Shown: positions 50,392-59,540 of the stretch, one piece after another
Layout: the number at the start of each line of letters is the position of its first letter
Position numbering within the stretch: position 1 is the stretch's first letter
From: Eubacteriales bacterium
Lineage (GTDB): Bacteria; Bacillota; Clostridia; Oscillospirales; CAG-272
Assembly: GCA_045653105.1 (NCBI GenBank)
Contig: JAZOLL010000036.1
Span: 507 to 64,506 of the forward strand
Direction of reading: 5' to 3'
DNA: 64,000 bases
Made by a program: the position numbers and the translations under genes
Notes under the pieces: model-generated
The model's input: only the letters and a program-made list of their open reading frames with translations
Database searches by the model: none
What the model was told of the DNA's origin: nothing

Positions 50392-51411
50392 ATGCCTGCA
50401 CAAGCGTCAATTTACAAACCGCAAAAATCCATAGACATTTCTACTATATTCTCCATAGCTTATATCGATTCGGACTACACCTTCCCCGAGAGGGAGTCAA
50501 GCCCCGACAACTGGGTAATGATATATATCGAAAAGGGCGAGTACACGCTCGTCACGGGAAAAGAGCCCCTCGTGCTTCGACAGGGAGAGCTTTTCCTACA
50601 CAGAGCGACAAACGAGGAGCTGATAGCGCTCAAGCAAAAGTCACAGGAGAGCGTGTGCGCGCTGATCATCTCATTCCGTTGCTCATCCTCCGCGATGCAC
50701 TTCTTCAACAGCAAGAAGATACCGGTCAACATAACCGCAAGGCTTCACCTCTCCACGATCCTTTACGAGATACCCTACACAAGATATCTCCCCTTCAACT
50801 CCCCCGAGATCGTAGGCTTTAAGCACCACCTTGACAAGTCCCTTTGGGCGGGAGATCAGACGGTGATAATGCGTCTTGAGCTTATGCTGATCGACATAAT
50901 AAGATCCGACAGCACCTTCAAGAAGATCCCGTCAACAATAATCAAAAAGGACGACGCGCTCAGCGACGACCTTTGTCTGAAGGTCATCGAGTACATGGAG
51001 CTCCACATCAACGAAAAGCTCTCGATGGAAACGCTTTCGCGCTCACTGTCCTTCAGTAAATCCTACATATCAAGGCGCTTTGCAGCCACATACGGTTGCT
51101 CGATAATAGACTATTTCAACCAGATGAAGCTAAACGAGGCAAAACGCCTTATCCGAGACACAAACAAGAACTTCTTTGAGATCTCGGATATGCTGATGTT
51201 CTCGAACTCGCACTACTTCTCTACTCTCTTCAAAAAGCACACGGGCCTCACCCCCACACAGTATAAAAAGGTGTGTATTACGAGTGCGGAGGAGTCGATA
51301 GACGAGGACCGCACCAAGGAAAAGCCAAAGCGTGCGCGTGCGAAAAACACCGCAAAGCCAGAAAAAGAGCGCGCTTCTAAAAAAAGTACAAACAATAAAG
51401 AAAACAAATAA
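50392..51411 (+). CDS. AraC-family transcriptional regulator with a lysine-rich C-terminal tail
   Basis: Cupin-like N-domain and a C-terminal dual HTH (LSMETLSRSLSFSKSYISRRF...FSNSHYFSTLFKKHTGLTPTQY). Confidence 0.85.
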   Translation: MPAQASIYKPQKSIDISTIFSIAYIDSDYTFPERESSPDNWVMIYIEKGEYTLVTGKEPLVLRQGELFLHRATNEELIALKQKSQESVCALIISFRCSSSAMHFFNSKKIPVNITARLHLSTILYEIPYTRYLPFNSPEIVGFKHHLDKSLWAGDQTVIMRLELMLIDIIRSDSTFKKIPSTIIKKDDALSDDLCLKVIEYMELHINEKLSMETLSRSLSFSKSYISRRFAATYGCSIIDYFNQMKLNEAKRLIRDTNKNFFEISDMLMFSNSHYFSTLFKKHTGLTPTQYKKVCITSAEESIDEDRTKEKPKRARAKNTAKPEKERASKKSTNNKENK

Positions 51412-51428
51412 ACAAAAAGGAGATCGAA

Positions 51429-53378
51429 ATGTACAGAATTCACAAGATCACATCAAACCCCACTGTGGACTTTGCCGCAGAAGAGCTCAAGAAATATCTG
51501 AGAATGATGATGCCGAGAGAGGGCGAGATATCTATCGATTATGACCCCGCGGCGACCGACGGCTTCCGCCTTGGTCTTATGGCGGATTTCGGACTTGACA
51601 CATCCGAGGCAGAGGACCTTGTACTTGACGATATCGTCCATATAGACACCGACTCCGAGGGAGGCATAATCGCGGGCAGCAACGTGCGAAGCGTTCTCCT
51701 CGCAGTTTACCGTTTCCTCCGCAAGAACGGATGCAGATGGCTCTTCCCCGGCATCGACGGAGAAGTCATCCCTATGAAAAAGGTAGAGGGAGTAAAGTAT
51801 CACAAAATGGCTGACTGCCGCTACAGAGGTCAGTGTAACGAGGGCGGCGAGTATCAGTTCAATATGATGGAAGCTATAGACTTCACGCCCAAGATAGGCA
51901 TGAACATATTCATGATAGAGTTTGAGATACCGAAGTATTACTACAACTCTTACTACAACCACGCAGGAAATGAATCCAACCGCGAGCCCGAGCCTGTATC
52001 CGAGGAGACGATCCTCCAGTGGACAAAGCAGTGCGAGGTAGAGATCGCAAAGCGCGGTCTTCAGTATCACAGCATGGGACACGGCTGGACATCCGATCCC
52101 TTCGGTATGGACTCCTCCTCCGCTTGGGATGCAGGAAACGTTGAGATCCCCGCAGAGGTAAGGAACTACGTCGCTATGGTAGGCGGCAAGAGAGATATCT
52201 TTGCAGGCAGCCCGCTCAACACCAACTTCTGTATGTCCAACGCTAAGGCAAGAGAGATAATCAACAACTACATCGCGAACTACGCAGAAAAGAACGGACA
52301 CGTTGACTATATCCACGTTTGGCTTGCAGACGCGTCTAACAACCACTGCGAGTGCGAGGAATGTCAGAAGATGATCCCCACCGACTGGTACGTTATGATG
52401 ATGAATGAGCTCGACGAGGAGCTCACACGTCGCGGACTCGACACAAGAATAGTATTTATCAGCTACTTTGACACAATGTTCCCCGCAGAGATAGAGAGAA
52501 TAAAGAACCCCAAGAGATTCTCTATGCTCTTTGCTCCTATCACAAGAAACTACGTTGAGTCTCCCTCCCCCACCCCCACAAAGTACGAGATAACAAAGTA
52601 CGTTCGCAACAAGATACACAAGCCCGCAAACGCTGACGAAAGCCTTGCTTACATCAAGGAATGGATGGAAACACAGAATCTCCATTCCCTCGCGTACGAG
52701 TATCATTTCTGGATAAACCAGTGCTTCGCGCTCGGACTTATGCACTTTGCGGAGCTTATCCACAATGACGTCAAGGGATACAAGGCAAACAATGTCAACG
52801 GTATCATCGAGGACGGCTCACAGCGTTCCTTCTTCCCCAACGGATTCAACTTCTACGTTTACGGCGAGACTCTCTTCGATAACGACGTTGACTTCGGTTA
52901 TCTCACAGAGGACTACTTCAGCCACGCTTACGGCGAGGACTGGAAACAGGTAGTTGACTTCTTCCACACTATCGACAAGGGCTTTGACAAGAACTATATG
53001 ACAGGCAGAAGCTCTGCTGACATCGAGCTTGGAAAGTTCTATAACCCCGAGGCGGCAGCTAAGATGAGAGCGGCGTGCCGTGTAATCGACGAGTTCGCTC
53101 CCTTCGTTGAGGCTCACAAGAATATGCCTCTGCGCGCGCAGACCGTAGCGTTCAGAATACTTGCAAAGTATCTTGAGTTCTGTCGTGGCATCGCAAACGC
53201 GCTTATCCTCAAGGCGCACGGTGCTGAAGAGGAAGCAGAGCGCGCAAGCCGTGAGTTCTTTAAGGACTTCGGCAAGCACGAGGTCGCGATCGAGAGATAT
53301 TACGATCAGTCGCTTTACGAAAAAGCATACACTTGGAAAATATTCAGCAAGAAAAAGTCCAACATCGGAGGACTTTGA
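51429..53378 (+). CDS. Hypothetical 649-aa cytoplasmic protein, possibly glycoside-hydrolase-like (DUF4838-like); function not established
   Basis: Long ORF with coding-like composition and good coupling to the AraC gene (17-nt gap, RBS aaggag). A Cys cluster reads NNHCECEECQK. The family assignment is from memory only. Confidence 0.35.
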   Translation: MYRIHKITSNPTVDFAAEELKKYLRMMMPREGEISIDYDPAATDGFRLGLMADFGLDTSEAEDLVLDDIVHIDTDSEGGIIAGSNVRSVLLAVYRFLRKNGCRWLFPGIDGEVIPMKKVEGVKYHKMADCRYRGQCNEGGEYQFNMMEAIDFTPKIGMNIFMIEFEIPKYYYNSYYNHAGNESNREPEPVSEETILQWTKQCEVEIAKRGLQYHSMGHGWTSDPFGMDSSSAWDAGNVEIPAEVRNYVAMVGGKRDIFAGSPLNTNFCMSNAKAREIINNYIANYAEKNGHVDYIHVWLADASNNHCECEECQKMIPTDWYVMMMNELDEELTRRGLDTRIVFISYFDTMFPAEIERIKNPKRFSMLFAPITRNYVESPSPTPTKYEITKYVRNKIHKPANADESLAYIKEWMETQNLHSLAYEYHFWINQCFALGLMHFAELIHNDVKGYKANNVNGIIEDGSQRSFFPNGFNFYVYGETLFDNDVDFGYLTEDYFSHAYGEDWKQVVDFFHTIDKGFDKNYMTGRSSADIELGKFYNPEAAAKMRAACRVIDEFAPFVEAHKNMPLRAQTVAFRILAKYLEFCRGIANALILKAHGAEEEAERASREFFKDFGKHEVAIERYYDQSLYEKAYTWKIFSKKKSNIGGL

Positions 53379-53391
53379 TCTGCCGAGATAC

Positions 53392-53430
53392 AAAAAGGAC
53401 AGAGAACATCGGTTCTCTGTCCTTTTATTT
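53392..53430. terminator. Bidirectional terminator between convergent genes
   Basis: ggacagagaac (53397-53407) pairs with gttctctgtcc (53412-53422), flanked by A5 and T-runs. Confidence 0.85.
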
Positions 53431-53436
53431 TTATCA

Positions 53437-54468
53437 TCACAAGCTGCATATCAGCTTTTCTATAGCCATATATCCCTGTGGGGAGCGCTTGAGAGCAAGG
53501 TCGGCTTCTGTGCACAGCTCAAGTGTGCGGCGCAGCTTTTTCATGCTCTGATCCTTTACCGCAGACATATAAAGCTTTACTCTGTATTCATTCTTTTTGA
53601 GAGCGGAGGCTATCTCTGCGGAGTTTTTGCCCGAGTCCATCAGCGAGCGCACCGATATCATCTCACACACAGTGCTCGACACCTCGGAGAGCACCACGAT
53701 CGGGTCAATGCGGCGGAACTTCATCACCGCAAGCACCTCAAGAGCCTTGTCTGCCCTGCCCGCCTGTATCGCGTTTGTCAGCGCAAAGGAGTCGGCTGAA
53801 AGATCGGCAGAGCACACCTCTCTCACGTCAGCCTCGGTTATCTCACGACGGGAGTGGGCGAGCGCGTAAAAGGAGAGCTTGTCGCACTCTGCGGCGAGCT
53901 TGTACATCGAGTCTCCACAGTATTCTATCATAAAGGAGCAGACCTGCGGCGAGGCATTCACTCCGTTGTGCGCAAAGTGTTTTCCGAGCCAATTAACAAG
54001 CCTTGCGGGGCTGACCGACTCAAAATGCACAGGGGTGAGATACTGCGAGAGCTTTGTGAGGGTAGCCGAGGGGGCTTTTGGCAGTCTGCCCGCATCTATT
54101 CCTCCCGCGGGGACAGAAAGTATCAGCACGTTGTAATCATATTCGGGAAGTGTGGCAAGCACGTCGCAAAGGTCGTCTATCTCGGAGGGCTTGAGCTGGG
54201 AGATATAAAGACCGTTCACCGTTACTATCTTCTGCTCGCTCATCATAGGGAGCGGCATCAGCGCGTCAAGAAGGGCGGGCGCTGTGTAATCTATCGGATC
54301 TATAACTATGTCGTTGAACACCGCAAATCCCTCGTCGGCACATATAGCCTCGCGAGCGCTCTTCAGCGAAAACGCCTTGAGGTAATCCTCGTCTCCAAAG
54401 AAAAGATATCCGCCAGAGAGCCCGTCCTTTACGAGCTTTCGAAATCCATCTTCTTTGATAATATCCAT
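53437..54468 (-). CDS. holA: DNA polymerase III delta subunit
   Basis: 343 aa. The N-terminus (LSGGYLFFGDEDYLK) and overall helical C-domains are typical of HolA. Confidence 0.7.
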   Translation of the reverse strand: MDIIKEDGFRKLVKDGLSGGYLFFGDEDYLKAFSLKSAREAICADEGFAVFNDIVIDPIDYTAPALLDALMPLPMMSEQKIVTVNGLYISQLKPSEIDDLCDVLATLPEYDYNVLILSVPAGGIDAGRLPKAPSATLTKLSQYLTPVHFESVSPARLVNWLGKHFAHNGVNASPQVCSFMIEYCGDSMYKLAAECDKLSFYALAHSRREITEADVREVCSADLSADSFALTNAIQAGRADKALEVLAVMKFRRIDPIVVLSEVSSTVCEMISVRSLMDSGKNSAEIASALKKNEYRVKLYMSAVKDQSMKKLRRTLELCTEADLALKRSPQGYMAIEKLICSL

Positions 54469-54503
54469 ATCGCACCCTCCTTTCTCGGGATTTTTATAAA
54501 CTA

Positions 54504-54782
54504 TCAGTCGTTTGAATCAATATCGTAAGGTCTGCCGCAGATGTGACGTTTGCCACAGGACGGGCATTTGAGCAGCGCCTTGTCTGCTCCGGTGGAGAGC
54601 ACGCGCACCTTTTTGTTATAAAAGCGGAATCCACACACAGGGCAAACAAAAGGCTTTGAAAGCACGTCGTTCACACGTTTGGCAAAGTTGACTCTTACTA
54701 TTATGCGCCAAATAATGGTCGGCAAAAGCGCAATTAACAAGATAACGCCAATTACTATTTTAGAGATCATTTCGTCAAACAT
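54504..54782 (-). CDS. Small membrane-anchored zinc-ribbon protein (92 aa)
   Basis: N-terminal TM segment (IVIGVILLIALLPTIIWRII), then CPVCGFRF...CPSCGKRHIC. Confidence 0.5.
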   Translation of the reverse strand: MFDEMISKIVIGVILLIALLPTIIWRIIVRVNFAKRVNDVLSKPFVCPVCGFRFYNKKVRVLSTGADKALLKCPSCGKRHICGRPYDIDSND

Positions 54783-54808
54783 TTCTTTTCTCCTGTGTGT
54801 TTTTTAAT

Positions 54809-54837
54809 ATTATAGCATAATTTTGCCGAAATGTAAA
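54809..54837 (-). promoter_or_regulatory. sigma-A type promoter (minus strand)
   Basis: On the minus strand: TTTACA (54837-54832), 17-nt spacer, TATAAT (54814-54809) preceded by TGc. Confidence 0.7.
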
Positions 54838-54873
54838 GAAAAATCTGCGCTTGATATAAACTCCCCGACATAC

Positions 54874-54898
54874 AAAAAAGCCCCGATCGGGGCTTTTC
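54874..54898. terminator. Bidirectional terminator downstream of sodC
   Basis: agcccc, loop gatc, ggggct (54879-54894), flanked by A6 and T4. Confidence 0.7.
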
Positions 54899-54931
54899 GT
54901 TTGTCTTTTTTGAGTGCTTTAGCTTACACGC

Positions 54932-55432
54932 TTACCGTTTTACTTTTGAAATGACTCCGCAGGCGATCTTCTTGCCCGCGTTCCCCGACGGCTGTGTTGT
55001 GAAATCGTCGGGGCGGTCGTGAATAACAACGGTCTTGCCGAGGATCTCATTCAAGCTGAAACGGTCAGTGAGAAAGGCAAGAAAAGCCCGACCGCCGGCC
55101 ACAAAAAGCGGCGGCATATCCCCCGCGTGATAGGGATGTGGACACCCCTCGGGATTATAATGAGTTCCCGCGTTTGCAAACGGATCTTCTTCGTTTCCGC
55201 CGCAATCCGATCCGCCGTGGATATGGAAAGCAAAAACAGGGCTCTTGCACGCCCCCGACGAAACGGGAAGCCCGAGGATATCCGCCACTATCAGAACACC
55301 TCTCGCCTCCTGATAAAACTTGACTGTTCCGTGAATCTCACTGTTTTCTGCGCGCCCCCTCATCACCGCCGCTGCGTTTGGCAACCTTTGAGGCAACGGA
55401 TAAAGATCAGTTCCATTATTCCTGTAATACAT
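54932..55432 (-). CDS. sodC: Cu/Zn superoxide dismutase family protein, no signal peptide
   Basis: FAFHIHGGSDCG, AGTHYNP, PHPYHAGDMPPL, VVIHDRPDDF and IACGVI place all Cu/Zn ligand positions. The N-terminus is not hydrophobic. Confidence 0.8.
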   Translation of the reverse strand: MYYRNNGTDLYPLPQRLPNAAAVMRGRAENSEIHGTVKFYQEARGVLIVADILGLPVSSGACKSPVFAFHIHGGSDCGGNEEDPFANAGTHYNPEGCPHPYHAGDMPPLFVAGGRAFLAFLTDRFSLNEILGKTVVIHDRPDDFTTQPSGNAGKKIACGVISKVKR

Positions 55433-55515
55433 ATCGACCTCTCACGTTGTAATATTGTAATATCGTTACAGCTTATGCCACAAGATCTTCCAAGGTGACA
55501 AAAGGACACAAAAAA

Positions 55516-55533
55516 GGACACCCGAGGGTGTCC
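55516..55533 (-). terminator. Rho-independent terminator (minus strand)
   Basis: ggacacc, loop cgag, ggtgtcc. On the minus strand T6 follows. Confidence 0.8.
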
Positions 55534-55565
55534 TTTAGATTGTGTGTTTTTAGCTTAATAGATGT

Positions 55566-55946
55566 CTAAAATGTTTTTTGCAAAAAATCAAACAACATAC
55601 CCCAAAGCTTTATCATGGGGAGGGATAAAACGAATGCAAAAATATACTCAAAAAACCAAGCCCATTTTGTAAAGTTTAGCTTTTCGGAAGCTTTAATACT
55701 TAGGACAAGCATAACGATCAAGCCCAACAAGGCAAATATCCCGATAATAACGCAAAAAGGGATAAATCTCGGGTATCGTTCTGTGCTGTCTAATGAGATC
55801 GCCATAGAAAAGCTCAACAAATTCAAAAGACATCTCATTCCCAAGCTCAAAAAGATGGCATTTGTCAATATGAAAAAAGGAAGTATGATAAAAGTTGATT
55901 TTTTCATTTTTCCACCGCCCTTCGCAAGCATATTATACACTTTCAC
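55566..55946 (-). CDS. Small membrane protein of unknown function
   Basis: Three to four hydrophobic segments. The more likely start is the ATG at 55907 (MKKSTFIILPFF). Confidence 0.45.
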   Translation of the reverse strand: MKVYNMLAKGGGKMKKSTFIILPFFILTNAIFLSLGMRCLLNLLSFSMAISLDSTERYPRFIPFCVIIGIFALLGLIVMLVLSIKASEKLNFTKWAWFFEYIFAFVLSLPMIKLWGMLFDFLQKTF

Positions 55947-56042
55947 CCAAGGTGAAAGTCAAGCGATTTTTCATATCAAAGAAAAAGAATTAATAAATTC
56001 CCCGTCTTATGGGACGTTTGTTGATAGCCTTGCGAGATTCAA

Positions 56043-56594
56043 TTAAAGAAACAACTGCTCCTCTTGTGTATCCTTTTCCTCGGCAGCCTTTTTCAGCTCC
56101 GCGCCGTGCTTGAATATCATAGACATAAAGAGGAAAAAGAGTCCTGTTGAAACCGAAACGGACATATTGATCTCAGATTCAAGAACAGCTGACTCCGCAA
56201 GCATTCTCGTCACGCCAAAAACGATCCCGCCGACAACCGAAACCGAAGCGGAGATTATAAGCGAGGTTATAGCGAGGCGGAAGCACTCCTTTGCGCCCTC
56301 AAAGGTAAAGGGTGTTCCCACGCTCAAAACCTTTTTGAAATATCTCTCTGCCAAAAAGGAAAAAACAGCCGAGCCTGCAGTGGCGAATATGCTGGAGATA
56401 AACACAGAATATGCAGAAAAGATATCAAGCCCCTCTGCCTCCATCATCTCGGTGGCAAACTCATAGGCTACGGGAAGCGCAAGGCATCCGAGCAAACTGC
56501 ATGCCGCACCGACGATGCAAAGGATAAAAGCAACCTTGGCAAGGATCCTTGCCACCTTGAAAACCACTAAAATGTTTGATAACGTTTTACTCAT
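56043..56594 (-). CDS. Membrane protein of unknown function (183 aa)
   Basis: Four to five TM segments. It has its own promoter (56667-56695) and a leader of about 65 nt. Confidence 0.5.
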   Translation of the reverse strand: MSKTLSNILVVFKVARILAKVAFILCIVGAACSLLGCLALPVAYEFATEMMEAEGLDIFSAYSVFISSIFATAGSAVFSFLAERYFKKVLSVGTPFTFEGAKECFRLAITSLIISASVSVVGGIVFGVTRMLAESAVLESEINMSVSVSTGLFFLFMSMIFKHGAELKKAAEEKDTQEEQLFL

Positions 56595-56666
56595 AGCTTT
56601 ATTTCCTCTCTGTATTTTTGAGTATTTTATTTTTGAGTGTTTTATTGAAATTTATTTGATATGATC

Positions 56667-56695
56667 ATTATAACATGTTTTTTCAAAAAAGTAAA
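56667..56695 (-). promoter_or_regulatory. sigma-A type promoter (minus strand)
   Basis: On the minus strand: TTTACT (56695-56690), 17-nt spacer, TATAAT (56672-56667). Confidence 0.65.
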
Positions 56696-56733
56696 GCATC
56701 TTTTGTAGCGGAGAGGTATCCCAAAAAACAGAC

Positions 56734-56771
56734 AAAAACGACCCACACCATAATGATGTGGGTCGTTTTTT
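56734..56771. terminator. Bidirectional terminator downstream of the aldolase gene
   Basis: cgacccaca (56739-56747) pairs with tgtgggtcg (56757-56765), flanked by A5 and T6. Confidence 0.8.
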
Positions 56772-56793
56772 ATCAACTGTTTTTAATAAGCTA

Positions 56794-57468
56794 TTAGAAA
56801 TCAAGTATCTTCTTGTCGTCATAAACGCCGCTCCAGTCGTTATCGAACTTTCGCAGGCACTCGTCGGTCATAGGGTGAGTGATGAGAGACTTCAGAATTT
56901 CGGGTGTAACCGTTGCCGCGTGACAGCCGTTGAGCGCGCACTTATGTACCTGGTCAGCATTCTTAAAGCTTGCCGCGAGAACCTTACAATCAAGGTTGTA
57001 GTGCTCGAACTGCTCTACGATCTGTGCCGCGACCTCGCATCCGTCACCGATGATATTATCGATACGGTTGACGTAGGGTGCTACGTAAGAGGCGCCCGCA
57101 TTTGGCGCGATAAGCGCCTGAGGGGGTGTGAATATAGTTGTGATAAGCACGCGAATGCCAAGCTCCTTGAGCATCATAGTTGCCTTGAGTCCTTCCTCGC
57201 ACATCGGGATCTTTACAACGAAGTTGTATCCAAGCTCGCCCTTGAGAAGCTTTGCCTCCTCAACGATCTTAGATGCCTCTGTCTGAACCGTCTGCACCAT
57301 CAAAAGCTTGTCCTCACCGATAATAGTGCGAATGCCCTTAACGAGCTTCCAAAAATCTGTGTTCTCCTTGGAAATGATCGTGGGGTTTGTTGTAACGCCG
57401 CTTATAGGATAAAACTCATTACAATATTTTATCTGCTCCAAATTTGCCGTATCCAAAAAATATATCAT
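56794..57468 (-). CDS. Transaldolase-family protein (fructose-6-phosphate aldolase / TalC type)
   Basis: The start is revised to ATG 57468 (MIYFLDTANLEQIK, RBS AAAGGAGA). GVTTNPTII and the Schiff-base lysine context FVVKIPMCEEGL are present. Confidence 0.85.
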   Translation of the reverse strand: MIYFLDTANLEQIKYCNEFYPISGVTTNPTIISKENTDFWKLVKGIRTIIGEDKLLMVQTVQTEASKIVEEAKLLKGELGYNFVVKIPMCEEGLKATMMLKELGIRVLITTIFTPPQALIAPNAGASYVAPYVNRIDNIIGDGCEVAAQIVEQFEHYNLDCKVLAASFKNADQVHKCALNGCHAATVTPEILKSLITHPMTDECLRKFDNDWSGVYDDKKILDF

Positions 57469-57535
57469 TTTCTTCTCCTTTGATCTCACTGACCTTGTTT
57501 TGTAAAATTAAGCGTTTTTCAAACGTTCAAGCAAG

Positions 57536-57564
57536 AGTATAGCACAAAAGAATTGACATGTCAA
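57536..57564 (-). promoter_or_regulatory. sigma-A type promoter of the aldolase gene, with its -35 box inside a 12-bp palindrome
   Basis: On the minus strand: TTGACA (57564-57559), 17-nt spacer, TATACT (57541-57536) preceded by TGc. The palindrome TTGACATGTCAA spans 57553-57564. Confidence 0.7.
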
Positions 57565-57651
57565 GGAAATTTGCAACTATTGACGACAAATTTTAAAACA
57601 GGTGCCACTCGCCGTTTTTTTGCACAGTGGCGCTTGCCCGTGCAAAAATCC

Positions 57652-58527
57652 TCATATCAATTTATTTTTCGCGTACACGATACCTCTGTAAGCCGACGGT
57701 GTCGTGCCGCGGTATTTCTTGAACACACGGTTGAAATAGGACACCGAGGAAAATCCAACCTCGAGAGATATCTCGGTGATCGAGTTCTGCGTGGTAGTAA
57801 GCAGATTTTCTGCCTTCCATATGCGCACAAAATTGATGTATTCTGTCGGAGTTACGCCCGTTGCACGCTTGAACACCCGACAAAAATATTCCTTGTTCAT
57901 GCTCAACTCAAAGGAGAGCTTTTCAAGCGTTATCACGCTGTTGTAATTTTTGTCTATATACTCGATGATCGGCCACACCTTGCGGATCGCATTCCTGTTG
58001 TAGCCCTCACCGATGTTGTCAAGTATGCCGTTGCGATAGAACGTACCGAGCAAAATATCCATATATCCGCGCACGAAGACCTCATAATTATCTCTTTGCG
58101 CACAGTTCTCCTCGTGTATATTCTTGATTATGGAATACACCTCGCCCGTGAGCTTCTCCTCGCGCGGCAGATAAATGAACTTTTTTCCGCTTGAGGACAG
58201 TATCAGCGCAAGATACTTGTTGATGTTCTCAAATTCCTCGGGGTGCAGCTTTTCTATTCGGAATTGAAGCATTATCGTGCTGGTGAAAGGCACGCTCTTG
58301 CGTGTGGAATGCGGCACGCGGCGGTTGATCACGATGACGTCTCCCTCTCGCAACTCGATCCTTTCATCTATGCAGACCTCAAGAATCCCCGAATATCCCG
58401 CAAGTATCTCAATATCGTCGTGCAGATGCAGGGCGGACACAGAGCCCACAACAGGCTTGGGCTTAAGATCCCCCGATATGCGAAGCGGCAGACCCGGCAC
58501 GTTGGTTTTTACGACCTCAACCTTCAT
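57652..58527 (-). CDS. AraC-family transcriptional regulator (cupin + dual HTH)
   Basis: The start is revised to ATG 58527 (MKVEVVKTN, RBS GGAGAAG). The C-terminus is a canonical AraC HTH (LSFELSMNKEYFCRVFKRATGVTPTEY...GFSSVSYFNRVFKKYRGTTPSAY). Confidence 0.85.
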   Translation of the reverse strand: MKVEVVKTNVPGLPLRISGDLKPKPVVGSVSALHLHDDIEILAGYSGILEVCIDERIELREGDVIVINRRVPHSTRKSVPFTSTIMLQFRIEKLHPEEFENINKYLALILSSSGKKFIYLPREEKLTGEVYSIIKNIHEENCAQRDNYEVFVRGYMDILLGTFYRNGILDNIGEGYNRNAIRKVWPIIEYIDKNYNSVITLEKLSFELSMNKEYFCRVFKRATGVTPTEYINFVRIWKAENLLTTTQNSITEISLEVGFSSVSYFNRVFKKYRGTTPSAYRGIVYAKNKLI

Positions 58528-58689
58528 AAAACTTCTCCAATCACAAAAAGTCAAAATAGTTCAATAAAAAGTCATTATATATATAGCGGCGCGATCGCGT
58601 GTTATATTATAATTTTAACATAGGATGCCGGTAATTGCAACAATCAAAAATGTTAATTTTGTGAAATAATATTTCAGGAGGAAAATAAA

Positions 58690-59499
58690 ATGTCTTTACC
58701 GATAGCACTTCAGGTTTACTCGGTACGCGGTGACGCGAAAGCCGACCTCAAAGGAACACTAAAAAAGATCAAAGCAATGGGCTATGACGGCATAGAGCTC
58801 GCAGGACTTTACGATCACGCCCCCGAGGAGGTAAAGGCTATGTGCGAGGAGATCGGTCTCGTTCCGATATCCGCACACGTCCCCTATCTCGCTATGATCG
58901 AGGACACAAAAGCGGTGCTCGCTCAGTACGCCACGATAGGCTGCAAATTTGTCGCCGTTCCCTATCTCACCCCCGAATACCGCCCCGGAACAGATCTCTT
59001 TCCCGAGGTGATCGAGAACATAAAAAAGATAGGTAAGACGGCAAAAGGGCTTGGTATACAGCTCCTATATCACAACCACGATTTTGAATTTATCAAGCTC
59101 GACGGCAAGTACGCGCTGGATATTCTTTATGACGAAGTCCCCGCAGAATATCTGCAAACAGAGCTTGACGTATGTTGGGTAAACGTCGGCGGTGAGGACC
59201 CCGCAAAGTATCTCAAAAAGTATGCGGGACGCGCACCTGTCGTACACCTCAAGGACTTTTACGGCGAGCGCTCAGAGGATATGTACGAGCTCATCGGCAT
59301 CGAAAAGAAAGCTCCCAAAAAGCCCGGCAATTTCGAGTTCCGCCCCGTAGGCAGCGGTCTGCAGAAGATACCCGCTATTCTTGAGGCAGCCGACGCGGCA
59401 GGTGCTGCCTGGCTCATCGTAGAGCAGGACGGGCCCTCTATGGGGCTTGCTCCTCTCGAGTGCGCAAAAAAGAGTATAGATTATCTCAAATCCATTTAA
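58690..59499 (+). CDS. Sugar phosphate isomerase/epimerase (xylose-isomerase-like TIM barrel)
   Basis: 269 aa. The pattern GYDGIELAG...HNHDFEF...ELDVCW...HLKD...VEQD is typical of this fold family. Confidence 0.7.
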   Translation: MSLPIALQVYSVRGDAKADLKGTLKKIKAMGYDGIELAGLYDHAPEEVKAMCEEIGLVPISAHVPYLAMIEDTKAVLAQYATIGCKFVAVPYLTPEYRPGTDLFPEVIENIKKIGKTAKGLGIQLLYHNHDFEFIKLDGKYALDILYDEVPAEYLQTELDVCWVNVGGEDPAKYLKKYAGRAPVVHLKDFYGERSEDMYELIGIEKKAPKKPGNFEFRPVGSGLQKIPAILEAADAAGAAWLIVEQDGPSMGLAPLECAKKSIDYLKSI

Positions 59500-59540
59500 C
59501 GTCAAAAGGAAAAGCGTATATATTTAAGGAGGAAAACAAA

